64,000 nucleotides of DNA from Paraphysomonas bandaiensis. Lineage: Eukaryota; Protista; Chrysophyceae. This document shows, in pieces, positions 38,104-53,430 of this stretch. The notes beneath the pieces are model-generated. The model ran no database searches. It had not been told where the DNA came from and saw nothing but the letters and a program-made list of their open reading frames with translations. Position 1 is the stretch's first letter, and the number at the start of each line of letters is the position of its first letter. Location: the NCBI GenBank assembly GCA_965644295.1, contig CBFFRP010000072.1, positions 89,867 to 153,866 of the forward strand, written 5' to 3'. The position numbers and the translations under genes are program-made.

Positions 38104-41100
38104 CTATAACTTCTGCCATATACTGAACAACGGAGCAATTTCATCCGTTTTATCAGGAAAAAAACTAAGATAATACAAAAATTGTCTCACAAATGGAAAG
38201 AGGGGCGGCGGTAGAACGGAGCACACGCCGTTACCATCCATACTGCTACCAGAGTAGAGTTTTCGGGAATATAATTCAAACACTTGGTGACGAAACACTA
38301 CAGTGTATAGCAGAAGTGCAAGGCGAGAAACGGGTAACCCAGTGCGGGCAGACGACATAATTTCGTGACCATGAGATGACTGTCTCATAGTATGTAATAC
38401 TAGCATGTCTGTAATGGCGTTAAAATGAAAGCACATGTCCACATACTTGGACGCCAACGCATTCATTTTTACAAACAAATCACTTTCATCAGGAAATGAG
38501 CGTAAATATAACTCGCTCTGGACTTCCTTAAGTAATGCACTGTGATCCGTTAGTGTGACGAACAGGCGAAGCCGTGTAAAAAACATGTCTAGCAAATGTA
38601 GTATCTTTCTGGATCCTGGATTCAGGTACACCTCCGTCTTCCTGTCGTCGGATAACGACACGCCTGTATCGTGACCGTGTCGCACGGCAAACGTAGCATC
38701 GCTTACGTCAGTTCTGCCTTGATGTAAGCCGTCAAACTTCATTGAAAAAACTTCCAGCCAAAATGATGAAAAGAATTTCAAATACGATATGATAGTGCCT
38801 TCCAACCCAGAAAAAGATAGCGGAACTTCATCGGATAGAGACATCGACACACTTGTGGGGTCTTTCTCACTTGAATCTGTATGTGATTGCAATAGTCTCA
38901 CTGGAATTCGGCATTTTTCCGACGAATTGTAGCCGTTGTACACCATGAAGTGATCTTCAGCAACTGATTTATTCTTTCCTATATCAAAGCAGCACATTTC
39001 CACATCATATGCCACACGAAGAAAAACAACTTCATGCATTTCAATTTTAATCGTTAGCGTGTTTCCTCCACGATCGTCGCTCTTCATTTCTTTCCATGGT
39101 AACGAGTTGCAGTCCGCAAAGTTGTATGTAGAAGAATCACCCGATACATAAACATCAAGTCGAAATAAAGATTGCATGCAATGATAAATCGTTATGAGCA
39201 AAGGAGACGGAGGATCACTTATGTTTTTCAGCCCCACAGTGTTCACTGTCCGCCAACTACTACCACTTCCTACATTAAAAGTGTCGTCTGAGATTCTATG
39301 TCTTTCACTTAACACATACTTTTCTTCAGCTCTTTCACAGTTAGGAACTCCAAGTTGAAGAATATAACCAGAACACTCTTCTCCCCGGTGTTCTTTTAAT
39401 TCCGAATCAACGATAAAAGTGCTAAAGCGAGGTAAAGAGCACTTAGCATACACACATATTGTCTCGTGATGATTCTTTACAAGTTTGCAAGAAACAAAAA
39501 TTGACCCTTCTACTCTCCAAGACATCGAACGCCTACAATCAACATCCGCGTTACCCAATGATGTCGGGGATCTGGTGTTTGGTTCCACATCAATGTAGGG
39601 AGGTTTAAATACAACATATATAAATCGACGTTCGTACGGTCTTAGTGTGACAACATTTGAAGTTCTCGGAAACACGGGGGTTACAGAGAAATCCAATTCG
39701 TCAGGAGAAAAACTCGATGATATTTGAAAGTCCAAAGGAATATCCGACGTATTGTTAATTATAAACGATCTACGTGTGTAGCACTGGCCGACAAATACTT
39801 CACCAAAATCCACAACGGAGGGGAAAGACTTAAATGAGCGTGTATTTTCAGGTAAGTGATCAGTCCAATTCAGTTTAGACCGATGCTCATGTAATACTTC
39901 GGAACTCAAATTCTCCGTGTTCCACATATCAATACAGCTATCAAACCGTTCTGTATCCATTACTATGTGGGATGCTTCTATATTAAATAACGACGTGGCC
40001 TGTCCAGAAGTAGTTTCCGTCACTTGCATTTTTCTTCGCCAATCTTGTACAACCTGTAATGACACCCTGACGACTCTGGTATCACAAGAATTGGATAAAT
40101 TTTCGATGATTAAATAAGTTGAAAACATGCCAACATTAGAGAGCACAAAATGAAGAACCAACGATGAACAACCCGACGGGCCGATTTCACCACCAGATTG
40201 AGCAATCACAAGCCATTTTGAGTCATCTGGTCCCAAACAATATATTCGATAGCGTAAGCTCGTCACTTTGGACAAATTTTCCAGAGATAACAGCCACTCA
40301 GATTCACCTGACTGTTGCTCACGTTGCCCAAGGTTAATTTCATATTGCATATTCAAAGGCCCACAGGGGCTCACACCTCTTAAATACAAGATGGGTTTCG
40401 AGTGAGAGTCGACTGTGGCCACTTCATCACGCGATATATACGTTGATTCCTCGCCATCAATACCATACAACAGAGACATTTCTTGGGATAATGGTAATTG
40501 TGTAGTGCTTTTGCGGTGTTCCAGTTTAACAAACACCGGACATAATAACGGCGGGTGAATCGCATAAGCGACATCGCATATCGCTAATAGCATGGTGTAT
40601 ATAATATCATCACCAGACGGTAACTCCTTAGCAAACTGAGGACGAAGTGGGGCAATTTTTGACAGAAGCTCCAATACATCCCCAGATAACTCTACTGGTG
40701 CAGCCTCCACTTTCATGGCAACTGAGCACAGAAAATCTTCTCCTGGGTTAATTGTACCACTTGATGGTTCCACAACGGGTATCAAGTCTTCCAAAGCAAC
40801 AAAGTCTTCAACTCTTTCGCGATTAGCTTCGTTCATGTCAACACTAAACTTGCGGTGGACATTCCACACAGATAAACACTTGATAGATATATGCGTTGAA
40901 GACGATGATGGGTTATGAACAAGGAACGGCTCGTACCTAGTCGACAATATAATGGGCGGTGATTGAGTAGAACACTTCCATACAAGACTGTCTGCGCTGC
41001 TGTCAGGTAAATCGTCATCTAAGTACGCGGTTATGCCGATATAGGTATTGCTACTGCATTGTAATGTAGGAATAACATTTATACAGCTAACGATATCAAT

Positions 41101-44100
41101 GGCTATAGAATCATATGTCAGAGATTTTAAATCGAGAGAGTTATCGGTACCACATCTTGATGGCCTCGACGAATGCGACTGAAGTGGGAATGTCGCGAAT
41201 TCTAAAACAACATGTCCAAATAACGCTGGCCCGATAGACTGCATGGACTGATGAGTGCTATCAAAAGATCCATCACTGGACAGTCCGTCGTCATCAACGA
41301 CATCGTCGTTAGAAGAATATGTTGATAAGGAATCCAAAATGTCTTCCGTTATTCGAGAAGAGGGGTAAGAGGAAACCATGATAGAAATCTCTGACTGTTC
41401 TGCTGGAAGCAAATGAAATTCAGCATCAACACCATCGCGTACTTTTAAGTCTATATGAATTACATCCGCTAACATCGGCAACACGCGAATCATAGGCTTC
41501 ACTCGAATTGTGTCTGTTGTGTTATTGTACAAATATGTAGATACTACACGCTGAGCACATCTGCTATTCGAATCTTCCTCTGCACCCTTCGAGCCAGGAA
41601 CATTGACACTGTCAACGGAAACGCAGGGGTTACCAGTGTGACCAAAAGAAAGTGGAACACCAACAGCATCTTTGACCAATATAGGGTTCAGTTTGTCTGC
41701 AGTAAAGGACACGTCAATACTAGCAGAATCACGAACAACATGCTTTGATGATTGCGAAAGAGACAGATTTCTAATTCTCAGAGTGTGCTCATAAAAATCA
41801 ACTTCTTGAGATCTAGGAATATCTATACGAAATTCGATGTGTGTTAAGCCCTTTGGCGCAGCACTTAAAGTTACTGAACCGACTTTATTCCCTTTTTGTG
41901 ATTTACCCTTGCTACTGCAACCATCAGAACTTGGGCAAAAAGACATCCACGACGGTATATTTTCAACACGGAAAGTAATAGCTACAATTGAAGTATTTTC
42001 CACAGGAACACTGAAAAAGTGAGGCTTGTAGATTTTCAAGTTTCCTAACATAAACCTTGTTGTCCGCAGCTTCAGCCTTGGAACTACAAAATGTGTGGTA
42101 ACTGACGTATACGACAGAATGGGTAGCACTTCGAATTCTGAAGCAGTTGTGTAACAACTCTCTTGATGGTAAGACTTTGTCGGATTAAAAAATGATTCTA
42201 AAGACTGAGCAGCTGATATTAATAGCACAGCACCATTTAGAAATATGTCTTCGAAAGCTATGCTTTCATCCGAGGTGGGAGCTAACTTCAATGTGGAAAT
42301 ACTGCAACCTTTCTTACATGACAGTGTTACAGTCACAGTTTCATGTGGTAAAATTGTAACTGCGTCTCCACATATGGTGAAACCTCGTTGAATTAAATCC
42401 TTGGGAATAGACATCATCGACCGCGACTGATCATCTCCAAGCGAACTCTTGTGTTTGACATTTCTCTTTACTGGTGTATTTCCCCACGTTATATTCTTGA
42501 TAGTTCCTGTAGTTTGCATACCTTGCGCAGATGAACTTTGAGACTCAATGCAAACAGAAACTGGCAGGTCAGATGCAGGAGATACACGAATCGGCGACTT
42601 ATGAGGATTCTTAAGTTGCCAGCGAAGAAGCACGTGCTGCTGGCAACCAGTGACAATGTACACCGTCGGAGAAGATATAACTTCGGGAATACAAACAGGA
42701 GAGTCCGAGACCAATCTAATCTTTTGCTGCCTTGGTGATACAACATTGTCACACGGTGCGATCCATAGGGGACAGTTAATATGATTGTTGTCTAAATTCG
42801 TCACAAAGAGCCCTCTCATGTATAATAAATTGGAAGGAGTTACGTCGGACGTGCCTGCAATGCCTCGCGCAGAATAGATTGCAGAATCACGCAATTGAGT
42901 GCCCTCTGCAGGCGGTAAAAAACTTGGATGACATGTAAACAAACTTCCATCATCCAGGAAGAATGAAAACTCAAGCACTTCACATTCGTGAGTAAACGTA
43001 TTGACCAATTTCATCGTCTTAATAACCAGTCCACTGGAACACCCAAAATACGCCATAAAAGTAAGAGCATTCTTAGAGCCAGGGTCGATGATACCTTGAT
43101 AGCCATCTACTATGGAAAACTGAGCTGTGTTCGCACGAATGTCACCCGCACTGAAATATTTTTCACTTCTGCTGTCACAGTCCTTCAGGGTATAATACAA
43201 AGGAAATATCGGTGAAGAGTTTTCAACTACAAATCTACCCTTAATTACTCCGATTCCCCTTGTTGAAGAACTCATAATGGATTTGCAACAAAACTTTATT
43301 GACTTGTTGGCTATTCGAAAGCGACTACGACCGATAAGAGCTTTAAAGATTATCGAGCTTTCAAATAATTTTCTGGCATTATCGTTTGCATCTACTCTCT
43401 GGCCATGAGTGTCAGTGTAATCAGTAATACTTCGGGCGCTGAACACCAATCGAATACCTCCTACCAATTCACGTCCACTTTCAGAGATCTCATTTGACAT
43501 GTTCGATGGTCTTATCACAATAAAGAGTGTCGTAATTTCAAAGGGTAGAATAGGGTATTTATCGACCAGAGCAGAACAAATGCTATCACGGTAAATTAAA
43601 CACTGTTTCTTCAAATTAGAGACAGCAGTAACATATAAAATATCCTTGCCAACATTTAACACTCTTAAGGGATATTTGACTTCAAAGTCTGCATTCTTGG
43701 AATGCTGAAGTGGAAGTTGAATTAACCCCAAGTCAAGTTTATATGACTTTCCCGACTCATCAAGATTCAGATCAGGATAGCGTACAAAGCACGACTGTCG
43801 AATACCGACTAACGACGACACAACTATGCGAATATAGTCAAATGAATCAGCAATATTCCTAATCAGTATCGTATTCTCATATTTTCCCACACCATAGCCA
43901 AAAAAAAAGATGCTAAGAGAAACCGAATCTCCTGGTTGTATTAACCCTGTCTGATTATCAGCTATTCGAAGGCAACCAACATCAGATTGTCCAGAGAAAG
44001 TAACCAGTGATGTGTAGTGTATAACTTCCCATTCACTTAGGTTCTTCAGTTGCACAGTGCGCTGGCAGGAGCTTCCAACAGGAACTTCCAACATAATATG

Positions 44101-47100
44101 TCTTTCATCAACCGAAAAACTCTTCTTCACATTCGTCAGCATAACTGGTAATATTCGTGAACTGGGAGTAAAATCGCTGTCACTGATATCACCAACACTT
44201 ACAAAAATAAACTCCAGAAGAGGAAGTGGAATACTATCGGTTAGTATTCCTGTCCACGATATTCTACACTTCACAGCATCACCAGGACGAATTTTCATGT
44301 GAATTTTCCAAGTGGAATCACCAGAAATGCAACGTACAATTCGCTGATCTCGAAGATTCAACGAAATCTGCATATCACTGCAATACAGTGACGACGATAG
44401 CATGAAATATTGTGAACTATCAAAAAGAGGCGATAAGTTTTCCGTCCACACACATAAATCAGCATCTACAGATGAAAGTGACGTTACACTAAATTCAGCG
44501 TACATAGACGCAGGCGTTGCAGAATCAAGTACAAGTTTAACGCCATCTTTAATTAACATCCCCCAAGCACTTTTGCGCATTGGCGGAGTTTTATTGTAAA
44601 TGCATGTGAACAACGGTTCGATTTCCACGCTAAATCTAGGGGGCTTCAACAGTGAAACGTTTGTATCGCGAATAGTAGCATGGTCACTTTCGGCATCATA
44701 CGATCCTCTATTAGTGGTGAGGGAGTCGAAGTTTCCAGTCTTTCGAACTGGAGATTCATAAATAACCTCGGAGGTTTCCGCATTTATACCAGAGTTTTCT
44801 AATCCAAGACCAAAAAATATCGACTTCACATCATCTTCATTCTTACTTTCGTAAACTTTCAAGCAGCCAACAACAGGTATTTTTTCAAGTCCTAACTCGT
44901 GATTTAATTCCTTTGCTGAATACGTTACATGCACCGACACAGTTATACATTCTTCTTGCTTCAACATGACACTAAAACTCTCATCCTTACCAACTAGAGC
45001 AAAATTAGAACGTAAATCTTCGGAATTTCCTGTTGTTAATAGTAATTTCGGAACGTTGGATTGAATTGAATCCACTGAATCGGTGAGAGATGTTTGGTCA
45101 ATGTCATCTTTCAACATAGAATCTTCAATTCCAGTACCCTTGACATTGTGGTTACTTAACTTCGACTTGATGTCTTCGATTTTCTTCTCATATTTTTCCT
45201 TCTTATCTGGCTTGTTTTTTCGTATTGCAATTTTAAGTTTTTGAGAGTAATGCTCGATCTTATCTTCCAAGTGCTTCCTCTCTTCCCGACTTAACTCGCC
45301 AGAACTGACAAGACCTCGATTCATCCCCGCAGATTTTCGATCCATGAAACTACAACTGCACTTTACGCAAGATGTTGTTACAAAGTCAAAACCTGTGTCC
45401 AAATCAGGTACAATGCCTACATCGTCGGTCGCAATGACAAACACTCTAGGCTTATATGATAGATTAATGATCTTGAATTGAAAATGAAATTCGCATGAAT
45501 GAGACGACGGCACGACTCCTAAAAAAAATGGCGTGATAACAACAGAATCTTGAGCCTTTTCATTATTCTTTATCAACATATAATTGACAATATCATCTTT
45601 GAATTTATTTTTCGAAATGTCTGTTGCATCTTCTTGTGGTACTGACAAGGCGGCATCCTTATCCACCTCACCTTTATCACATGATACCAATGAAAATAAT
45701 TGAGCCTTTAATACATTCGCTTTGATAACTACCGATTGCGAATTCTTAGAGTTGAGTACATTCTCTATGCTTAAAGTTTCCTCGAATGCACCATGAAGCG
45801 TTGGTTTAAATGCAAACTCTATCGTTTTCGTTGCCAAAGGGGAAATTATTCCTTTTCTTCCTGTCTGCACACTTAAGAATCCTGATGATATACTTCCAGA
45901 TTTAGATATTGAATACAAGAGTGGCACAGACGACTTGTTGGTAACAGAAAGCCCTTTAGTAGAGAATTCTCCGACTTTAATCTTACCAAAGTTGATGTTT
46001 TTCTGAATAACAACCATTTCAGACTGATAGAGTTGAGCCCGCACAGGAAGGGAACGACTCTTCAAGCCAGATGTTGACGCTCCTCCTGTCGAATCCGTAT
46101 ATTCAACAAGGTGCAACTTGATTTCATGTTGAACAATCTGAGGAGAATCATCGTCTACCCCACTTTCAGACCTACACATTTATTTACACCACATCTAACA
46201 TGACACATATATATACCTCGGCGGAATGTTGTGAGGAGTAAATATAACGACAAAATCATACGTTTCCCCCTTGGGGACTGTAACACTGTTAAATATTGTC
46301 GAAGTGCAAAGTGGATGCAGCCGATTTCCAGTACGAAGCTCCTGTTAAACAACGTCATGAATTGAATTAAGATAAGATGACTTCTACCTCCGCTAAGTCA
46401 CTGTAGCATTGCTTCACAATACTGATTGACTCCTTTATTTTCTCTTTACCAATAGTACTCGTATCGTCTTGGGAGTTCTCAGTTTCGTAGTACTCCTTTA
46501 AAACTGAAAAAGGAAACCCAGGTACATCCATGAGTTCAGTAAAATCTCTGTCTTGAATCATAAATTCTGAGTTCTCCATGGACGCCGAAGGTGGGGTTGC
46601 ATCCTTCATCCCGGCTGAATTTCTTACAGACGAGGTATCAGCAAATAAATCTGACAAATTCGGATTCACACTTGTGTGTCCGTCAGACATGTACCCTTCG
46701 TCAGCGCCTCTAATTTCATTGATTTCGCCTGTTTCACAGAGCAGTGACGGTACATCAACACCATCAAATGATCTATGACGTGACGAAATCATTCCACCTA
46801 AGCTCGTTGACCGCGTTGATGGTCTTTTCTTTTTAACACCACCCCATTTTAGATCTTCAATTTTAAGCGTTTTCGAGTGGGCGGTGGTAGAACTTGTACC
46901 GTCATCGGAAAGTATATTTCGCCTTCTTCGACTGAAAGCGCTCCGTTTCTTAGTCAAATCCTCGTCTGAATCAGATACACGGGGGCTCAATAAATATATT
47001 TCAACATCAGATGACTGAGAAACTGATATCTCAAAACGTAATGGGAATTGATGCATGTTACGAATACTAAAAAGGCGAACATTAGGCATATTACAAATAC

Positions 47101-49692
47101 ACTTGTCAAACAGAAGCTGAAGTTGCTTTTGATTTCCACGAGTGTAGAGTTTGTAAAATGTTGAATGCTCTAGAATTTGATGGGCATCAAAGTTTTTAGC
47201 TTTTACATCCACTGTGAGGTTACAATGAGAGTTAAAAACATTGATAAAGTTCACTGTTTCACGGTACTTATCGTCAATAGCACGTGCAATGAATTCCAAG
47301 TGACATTGTCGAGATTGTCGGGGTGGAATGAACATCTCTCTTTCCATAATTTCCAAACATGAACTATCCACAAACGGAAGAACAAGCGCCGGCAGTTCGC
47401 TTTCATTCTTAATTACAAGCGAAGCACTCTTAAGATCCCCCACATGGCATTCCCCCAAATCCAAAACAGTTGGTTGAGCAGATATAATAGAAGTACAACA
47501 CCGCGATCGACACTGCAAAGTCTTACGGAACATTTTTTGTCGTTGCTTTGTGTCATATCTTTCTGGGTTATTTCGAGAAACGTACTAGTGGTAAGGAATT
47601 TTACAACAGTCAGACATACAATACTTTTACATACCTTCCACGCTAGAGTAATCTTAACTGTCTTCTTCACTAATGAACCCACATCTACAAGCTGAGACCC
47701 AATACGTCGACTGACAGAAGAGGGCTGAGTATCTCTAACACTAGCAAAAGTGTTTCCATATGGAGAGAGATGTTGCGCCGAATCGCGCTTAACATTTTCC
47801 AGCGAATTAGGCTGTATCAAAGGCATGTACTGAAGTAAATCATGTTAGCTCGAAACAGCTGCTACTATTTAATACATACACGAATATAGACTGGCGTTCG
47901 GTTACCAGGCGGAATCAAAAAAGTTCCTGATTCTCGAGACTTAGGCTGCGTTTGTAAATGAGATTTATTTGATGGACTTAGGTCACTGCCGTGTGCATCG
48001 GCACGGCATGCATTGTATCGATAATAAACTCCTTCATTTAAAAAGAACCGTTGTAACCCAAACTGGCTACCTGGACAATCGTCACTGTTGTCGAAGTCTC
48101 CAGAATATTCATCAAGTACGAAATAGCTGTTTGGATGACTTCGTGATTTAGACCTCTGAGGTTGAGAAAAGCTTTGTTGTCTATTAATACTCCGCTCCAT
48201 GCTTTTCGATGATTCCGTGTTGCTTTTTCCACTATCTATATATGCCATTTCGTTTCGAGAATCAATATTAACAATAGCATTATCTTTGCGGTACATACGA
48301 GATGTCTGCGTCTGATATCTACTAGAACCTGAAGTCCTTTCCGGTGAAAAAGAATTTCTTTTAGAAGAATCGGAATCAAAAGCGGAAATTGAAGCTTTCG
48401 GAGCATTAATAGAAGATCGTATTGCGGGTTCTACATCAGTTGTTCTCGGAAGGTGGGCTACACTTTTATCCACCAGTCGCTCTAGCATATCAAAGGATAC
48501 CTACTCGAAAAGTAATTGGACAGTACATGCATACAAAGCTACTAACCTCATCTGGACAATCCGATGATGTCGTGACTTCAACAGCATCGTCACTATTATT
48601 TTTAATCCATACACAGTGTACCTGAGGCATCGTCATCGGGATCAAATACGATTCAGGATCAGCATACATACCGTCTCAACACCATCATAACAATCGCCGA
48701 AGTCGAGAAACTGGCCACCTACTCCTACTTGCAAACCTGACTTCGACTCTATTGAAATACCATCGGCTTCATTCTGCCAGAAAATATGAGAACAACATTG
48801 AAAACCGCTCAGCATATACCTTCGCAGTGACAGATATTCGGCAATTTAGCAATGCGATATTACTCGAATTATAGTCGTTCACGATTCGGATTGATCGGGT
48901 GATATCACAGGGAACCTATACCACATTAATATCTCATCGACACATATGCATTCTTTATACCGTTGCTTTGAGCGTTATTCTGACACGTTGCGATGAAAAA
49001 GCAGGAATGCTTAGACATTGATACATATTAACTATTTTTCCAGTTTCAAAGTCCGATAAAGATACAGGCAAGTTTCCGCCTTCTTTACCAATAGCAGGAA
49101 CAATTCGATAATGTAGAATACACTCGGATCTATTCCATATCTGTAAATCACGTACATAGGTATTACCCACAATGCAGGAGTCAAACTCGATATCATTGTC
49201 ATCTACAGAAAACAGCGAAGTGCACAACGCAACACGACCAGCAAGGACAACATCCAAAGCATTGTTGCAATAATTTCCTCGGACAGTCATTGAAAATGAA
49301 GTACGGACGAAAGAAGTACTGTTAAACTTCCTCTGGCCAACCTCCGAGCATGAGTTCATCATATTCGTTATGTACACGCCAACAGAAACCTCACTGTGTG
49401 ATGGAACGTATATATCTTCTTGAGGCAACTCTAGAAGCATTTGAACATCCTCTGCATCCATATCATCGGTACAATCAATAACTATCATCTTAATATCCAG
49501 TGAATACCCATCTGCAACACTGGTACCCAACACAGACACTTGCAACTGGGAATCCGTTTTATTTGATATAACTACTTTCTTTGAGGTCATAAATTTTGAA
49601 CAGTAATAAACCTCACCGAAGTCCAATAATGTAAGGGGATTTCCCTCAATGTCGTTGATGCTGAAGGCCATAGTTGGTACTTTATCGTACAC
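38104..49692 (-). CDS. Giant multi-exon protein with repeated ASH/PapD-like Ig-fold segments (possibly cilia- or trafficking-associated)
   Basis: Repeated LDFGEV/LDLGEC/INFGKI/VDFGEV starts followed by an I.N.S..P motif across co-oriented ORFs (48955-49692, 47865-48488, 47413-47826, 46367-47533, 38104-46179), separated by intron-sized gaps. Confidence 0.65.
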
Positions 49693-50437
49693 TAATTACC
49701 AACAAGTCAGTTACTGTGTTTTGTTTGAAGTAGGAGGAGCGTAGAGGAGGAAGGAATACTTGATATCCATCATAATTAACAGCATCAGAGGCTGTATCAA
49801 ATTAATGGAATCACAATACGATTGATGGACTCCTATGTATGTTGATCTTATGCGGCATACCATGATTCATTATTTTTTTCTTGTCCAGCACCTGTGAATG
49901 TATGTCTGTACTGCTGTATGCTGCTGTATGTGTGATTGTATACTCTGTATACGACTGAATACTGTACAGTACAATCCGTATATATTACGGATGCTGCTGC
50001 ATAGGGATATCTACGCACACAGCATGTTCTTCTATATCCTGATGAGTTAATCGTGACACTGTTCCTTCAATGTAGCGTCGTCGTGTTTGAATGACCATAT
50101 TGTATAATCATTGTACAAGCTTATGATGATTACGAGGGTTACTGTCTTCTTATGTCGTCTAGAAAGTGAAGTGCTGCACCCCCCAAAGCAAATGAGAGCA
50201 TACAATACACCATTTGCGTCGTAGTATTGAATAATGTGCAAATATATGTACTATTTTTAATATGATGGTACTTTTGTTTTATTGCCACTCTCCGTGCTTC
50301 TGATACTGAAGTGAGCAGTTTTATGTAACTATACATATCACTTCGATCCATCGATTTCGAAAATTGGGCTTGCGATTACAATCGCCATGGGCTAGCAGAA
50401 TGTTGATATACCTGACATCTGCTGACTTCAGGTTTTT

Positions 50438-50760
50438 TGAATCCTTAAGGTCTACATCTCGGATGCTTGACTTCAGCAGGCAGCCCAATACCCTGGTTAC
50501 ACTGCCTTGAGGTGGGCCCTGTCCCGGATGCCCTTGAGGTGGGCCCATTTCTGGATGCCTGTTTATTCATCAAGGCCTAAAGACGTCTACACAAGTAAAA
50601 CTTATTGGTGTCCCTTGTATCACACAAGCATTCGGCTATGCGTGGGCAGAACAATATCTGCTGTCTATGTTTGCAGCTCTCGTTTGTTTCCCGGGAAAAT
50701 ATCTCCGGTACTTATCCCCCAGAACATCACGAAAATGTGCGAGTCCGACTTTGTTGAGGG
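50438..50760 (-). mobile_element. Retroposon copy 3 (5' portion, 3'-truncated)
   Basis: Aligns with ~1043-1365 and ends at the same GTTGAGGG boundary; no TSD visible. Confidence 0.85.
50674..50760 (-). ncRNA. Diverged copy of the HDV-like ribozyme
   Basis: Same layout as 1278-1365. P4 base CCGG/CCGG is kept (G-U becomes G-C) and J4/2 CAAA keeps the C at 50686, but P3 and P2 are weakened. Confidence 0.5.
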
Positions 50761-52208
50761 AAATAGAGAGCTATAATCATTCTACTACGATTTTATATTA
50801 GTGATTAGTATTTAGTCCGTTACATTTGTATTGAAATGAGATATTGAAATTCCGTAGCAAATGATAATTGTCATCAAATATTTAACCGCGGGCAATAAGG
50901 AGGCTATATTTCAGGGTATTTTAAAGTGTATTATTTTCCATGTTTGTTAAAATAAAATCAATTAAACAATACTTATAGGCACTATTTACTGAGGGCTATA
51001 TATGAAACGACAACTTTTAATATATTTTTTGTTGTGTGCTTGATGAATGATTGTTGAAATTATGATGTATACTGTCAAAATAAGTTGTAAGAGCTAGTCA
51101 TCAAGTCACAACTCAACTGATTACATTTATTTTCTATTTTCCTCTATGTAGTTTACAGGGTTTTTGACTATTCAACCATATCTAGCAAGAATTAATACTA
51201 ATCAACGGACATATTCTACAAATCAAGGCTGAGTAACAATATATTACAATGGTATTGTAAGATAGTGTCGCATCAATAATGTTGAAACACTTTTCATACC
51301 AGTCCAATAACACCATTGCAATATAAAAATAGTAATAGTAATTTAGTATATAAATCCGCACCCACATAGATGTGTATACTCTACTTTTAGATTATTAGTA
51401 TTTGTCATTGAGATCACATGATCACCAACCCACTGCACTTCCAAGCAAAGACTGACTACATCATAGCTAGTCATGATTCTCCTCATAAAGCTGAAAGAGT
51501 AATTATTAAGAGTATTTTAAAATGTAGTATACAATATTATGTTTATATTATATATTATATATAACTTTGCGGCTTAGGCCCGGTTTACAGAGGGCGTTGC
51601 TTTTAAGGAGCGGTAGCGGAATGTAAGTCAAAAGAAAATATAAACGTATGTACTTTATTGTATTGTATCTTGTGTGTATGTAAAACGTATTATATACAGA
51701 CATGGTATCACAGCTTCAAATTTCATTCCTTTTTGGTATTTCGTACTTTCCGGAAAGATTAATTGTTACACTCCGCGTCACGTAATCCAACCATGACTTA
51801 CTCTGGTACTTATCCTTTTGACTTTCGTCAGTTATATCATTGCAATATCACTTCGAAGAACAGCCCACATTACATTCCCTGCTATGGCCAACTGCAACAG
51901 TTATATATACTGCAATTGGGCGAATCTTTCAACGGCACCATTAAACTTAGTTCTTACAACAAGTGATAAAAAATAACACAACAGCGTAAGTTCACAAGTC
52001 GGTAAAGTACATGTCTTATTTACGGTCACAGTAATAAAAAATTAGACATGTACTGCAGTGACAGAAGTCCTGTTCGGCACTTGTGGTATATAACGTACTG
52101 ACCATGCAGTTAAATCAAATAAGAAATCAATACCATCCATTCCAATAGTAGCAATTTGTACAACTTACGACGAATAGATAATATAGCTGTGGCATACTTA
52201 GCCGTAGG

Positions 52209-53430
52209 TTACCGGGATATAGTAAATAGCTGAACTGGAGGATATCCCGGAAACAAGCAACAATTGTGCACATTTCGAAATAGATCGACAATTTGTAGCC
52301 TCGTCGATACAACACAAATTATTGCAGATCCACTGACTGATGTCTGGGACCTTTCAGTCACGAAATCCAGGCTAAGTGACGTTATGTATCCAAAAGGTTC
52401 AAAAATGAGGGACACCTGCGAAAGCCTGGTCGTAGCGGGTATACCAACTATTTTGATCCAATTCTCCTCCAAATCGCCAGCACCTGAAGTATAGTCGACA
52501 TAACTGTACGGTACATACGAAGCATACGAGTAGCAGGCCGTCGACGGTATGTCGCCCGCAAATCGAGGGGACAATCCTGGCACTGATGGGGTGAAAGGTA
52601 CTGCAGAAGTCTGACGGTAAGAAGCCGTCAGCGGTGACGGAGAGAAAGTTCCACACGGTGGCGGCACAACCATGTAGGGGGTGGGATGCACTGGAAAAGT
52701 AGTGGAGGTACTCGCACTGGGGGGGGGGTGATCTACAGAGTGGGAGCTATCTGCTACAGGATTCCGCGCGAAATACACATACACCTTACTGGCAGCACCA
52801 GGAGGGGTCGTCTCGTGCATATCTGAAACAGCTACACACCAATAAACTTATTAGACACTGTTCATAATGCGATGAAAGCACTTACCTCTTGAACAATCTG
52901 CTGCAACTCGAAACTCTACAAACGCTGAGCCGCGTGATGTGATTTTATCGGCCTCTTTCAGTAGCCTGCACTCGATAATATCTCCATACTGATGAAAGGT
53001 GAGAATACGAAACACTCAGTAAAACAGCACACCTGTGAGAATAGTTCCTCAACTTGACTCTCGCTGTAGAACAATGGTAAATTATGAACGAAGAGTTTCC
53101 TGTTCTGGATGTCTCCACACTTTGCTTTCGCAATACTGACTTTAATCTGTTTATTTCCGATGCGATATCCATTCATTCCGGAAATTGCAGCTGCTGCCTG
53201 TTCGGGGTTGGCAAATTTAATAAAGCCATAAGTTAGACTCTCTCCCGTAATTTTGTTATAAGCAACACTGGAACTCAACAGATCGCCATACTGACAAAAG
53301 AGGTCCTACGTGACAAGTACCTCCAGTTACGGGATGTATCACATCGCACGTCACTCACCCTCAGAGCAGCATCGTCAATGTGGGGAGGTAAATAATTAAC
53401 GATTAAACAACAGCTCGGAGAGTCATTCAT
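52209..53430 (-). CDS. ELAV/Sxl-like RRM RNA-binding protein, multi-exon
   Basis: MNDSPSCCLIVNYLP (RNP2), SLTYGFIKF (RNP1), KLFVHNLP, SRGSAFVEF, a Pro/Ser-rich linker and a degenerate third RRM. Confidence 0.8.

Noticed and set aside
51574-51589. TTA-GGCCCGGTTTACA resembling a PIF/Harbinger end
   Set aside because: No matching opposite TIR found, so no element can be delimited.
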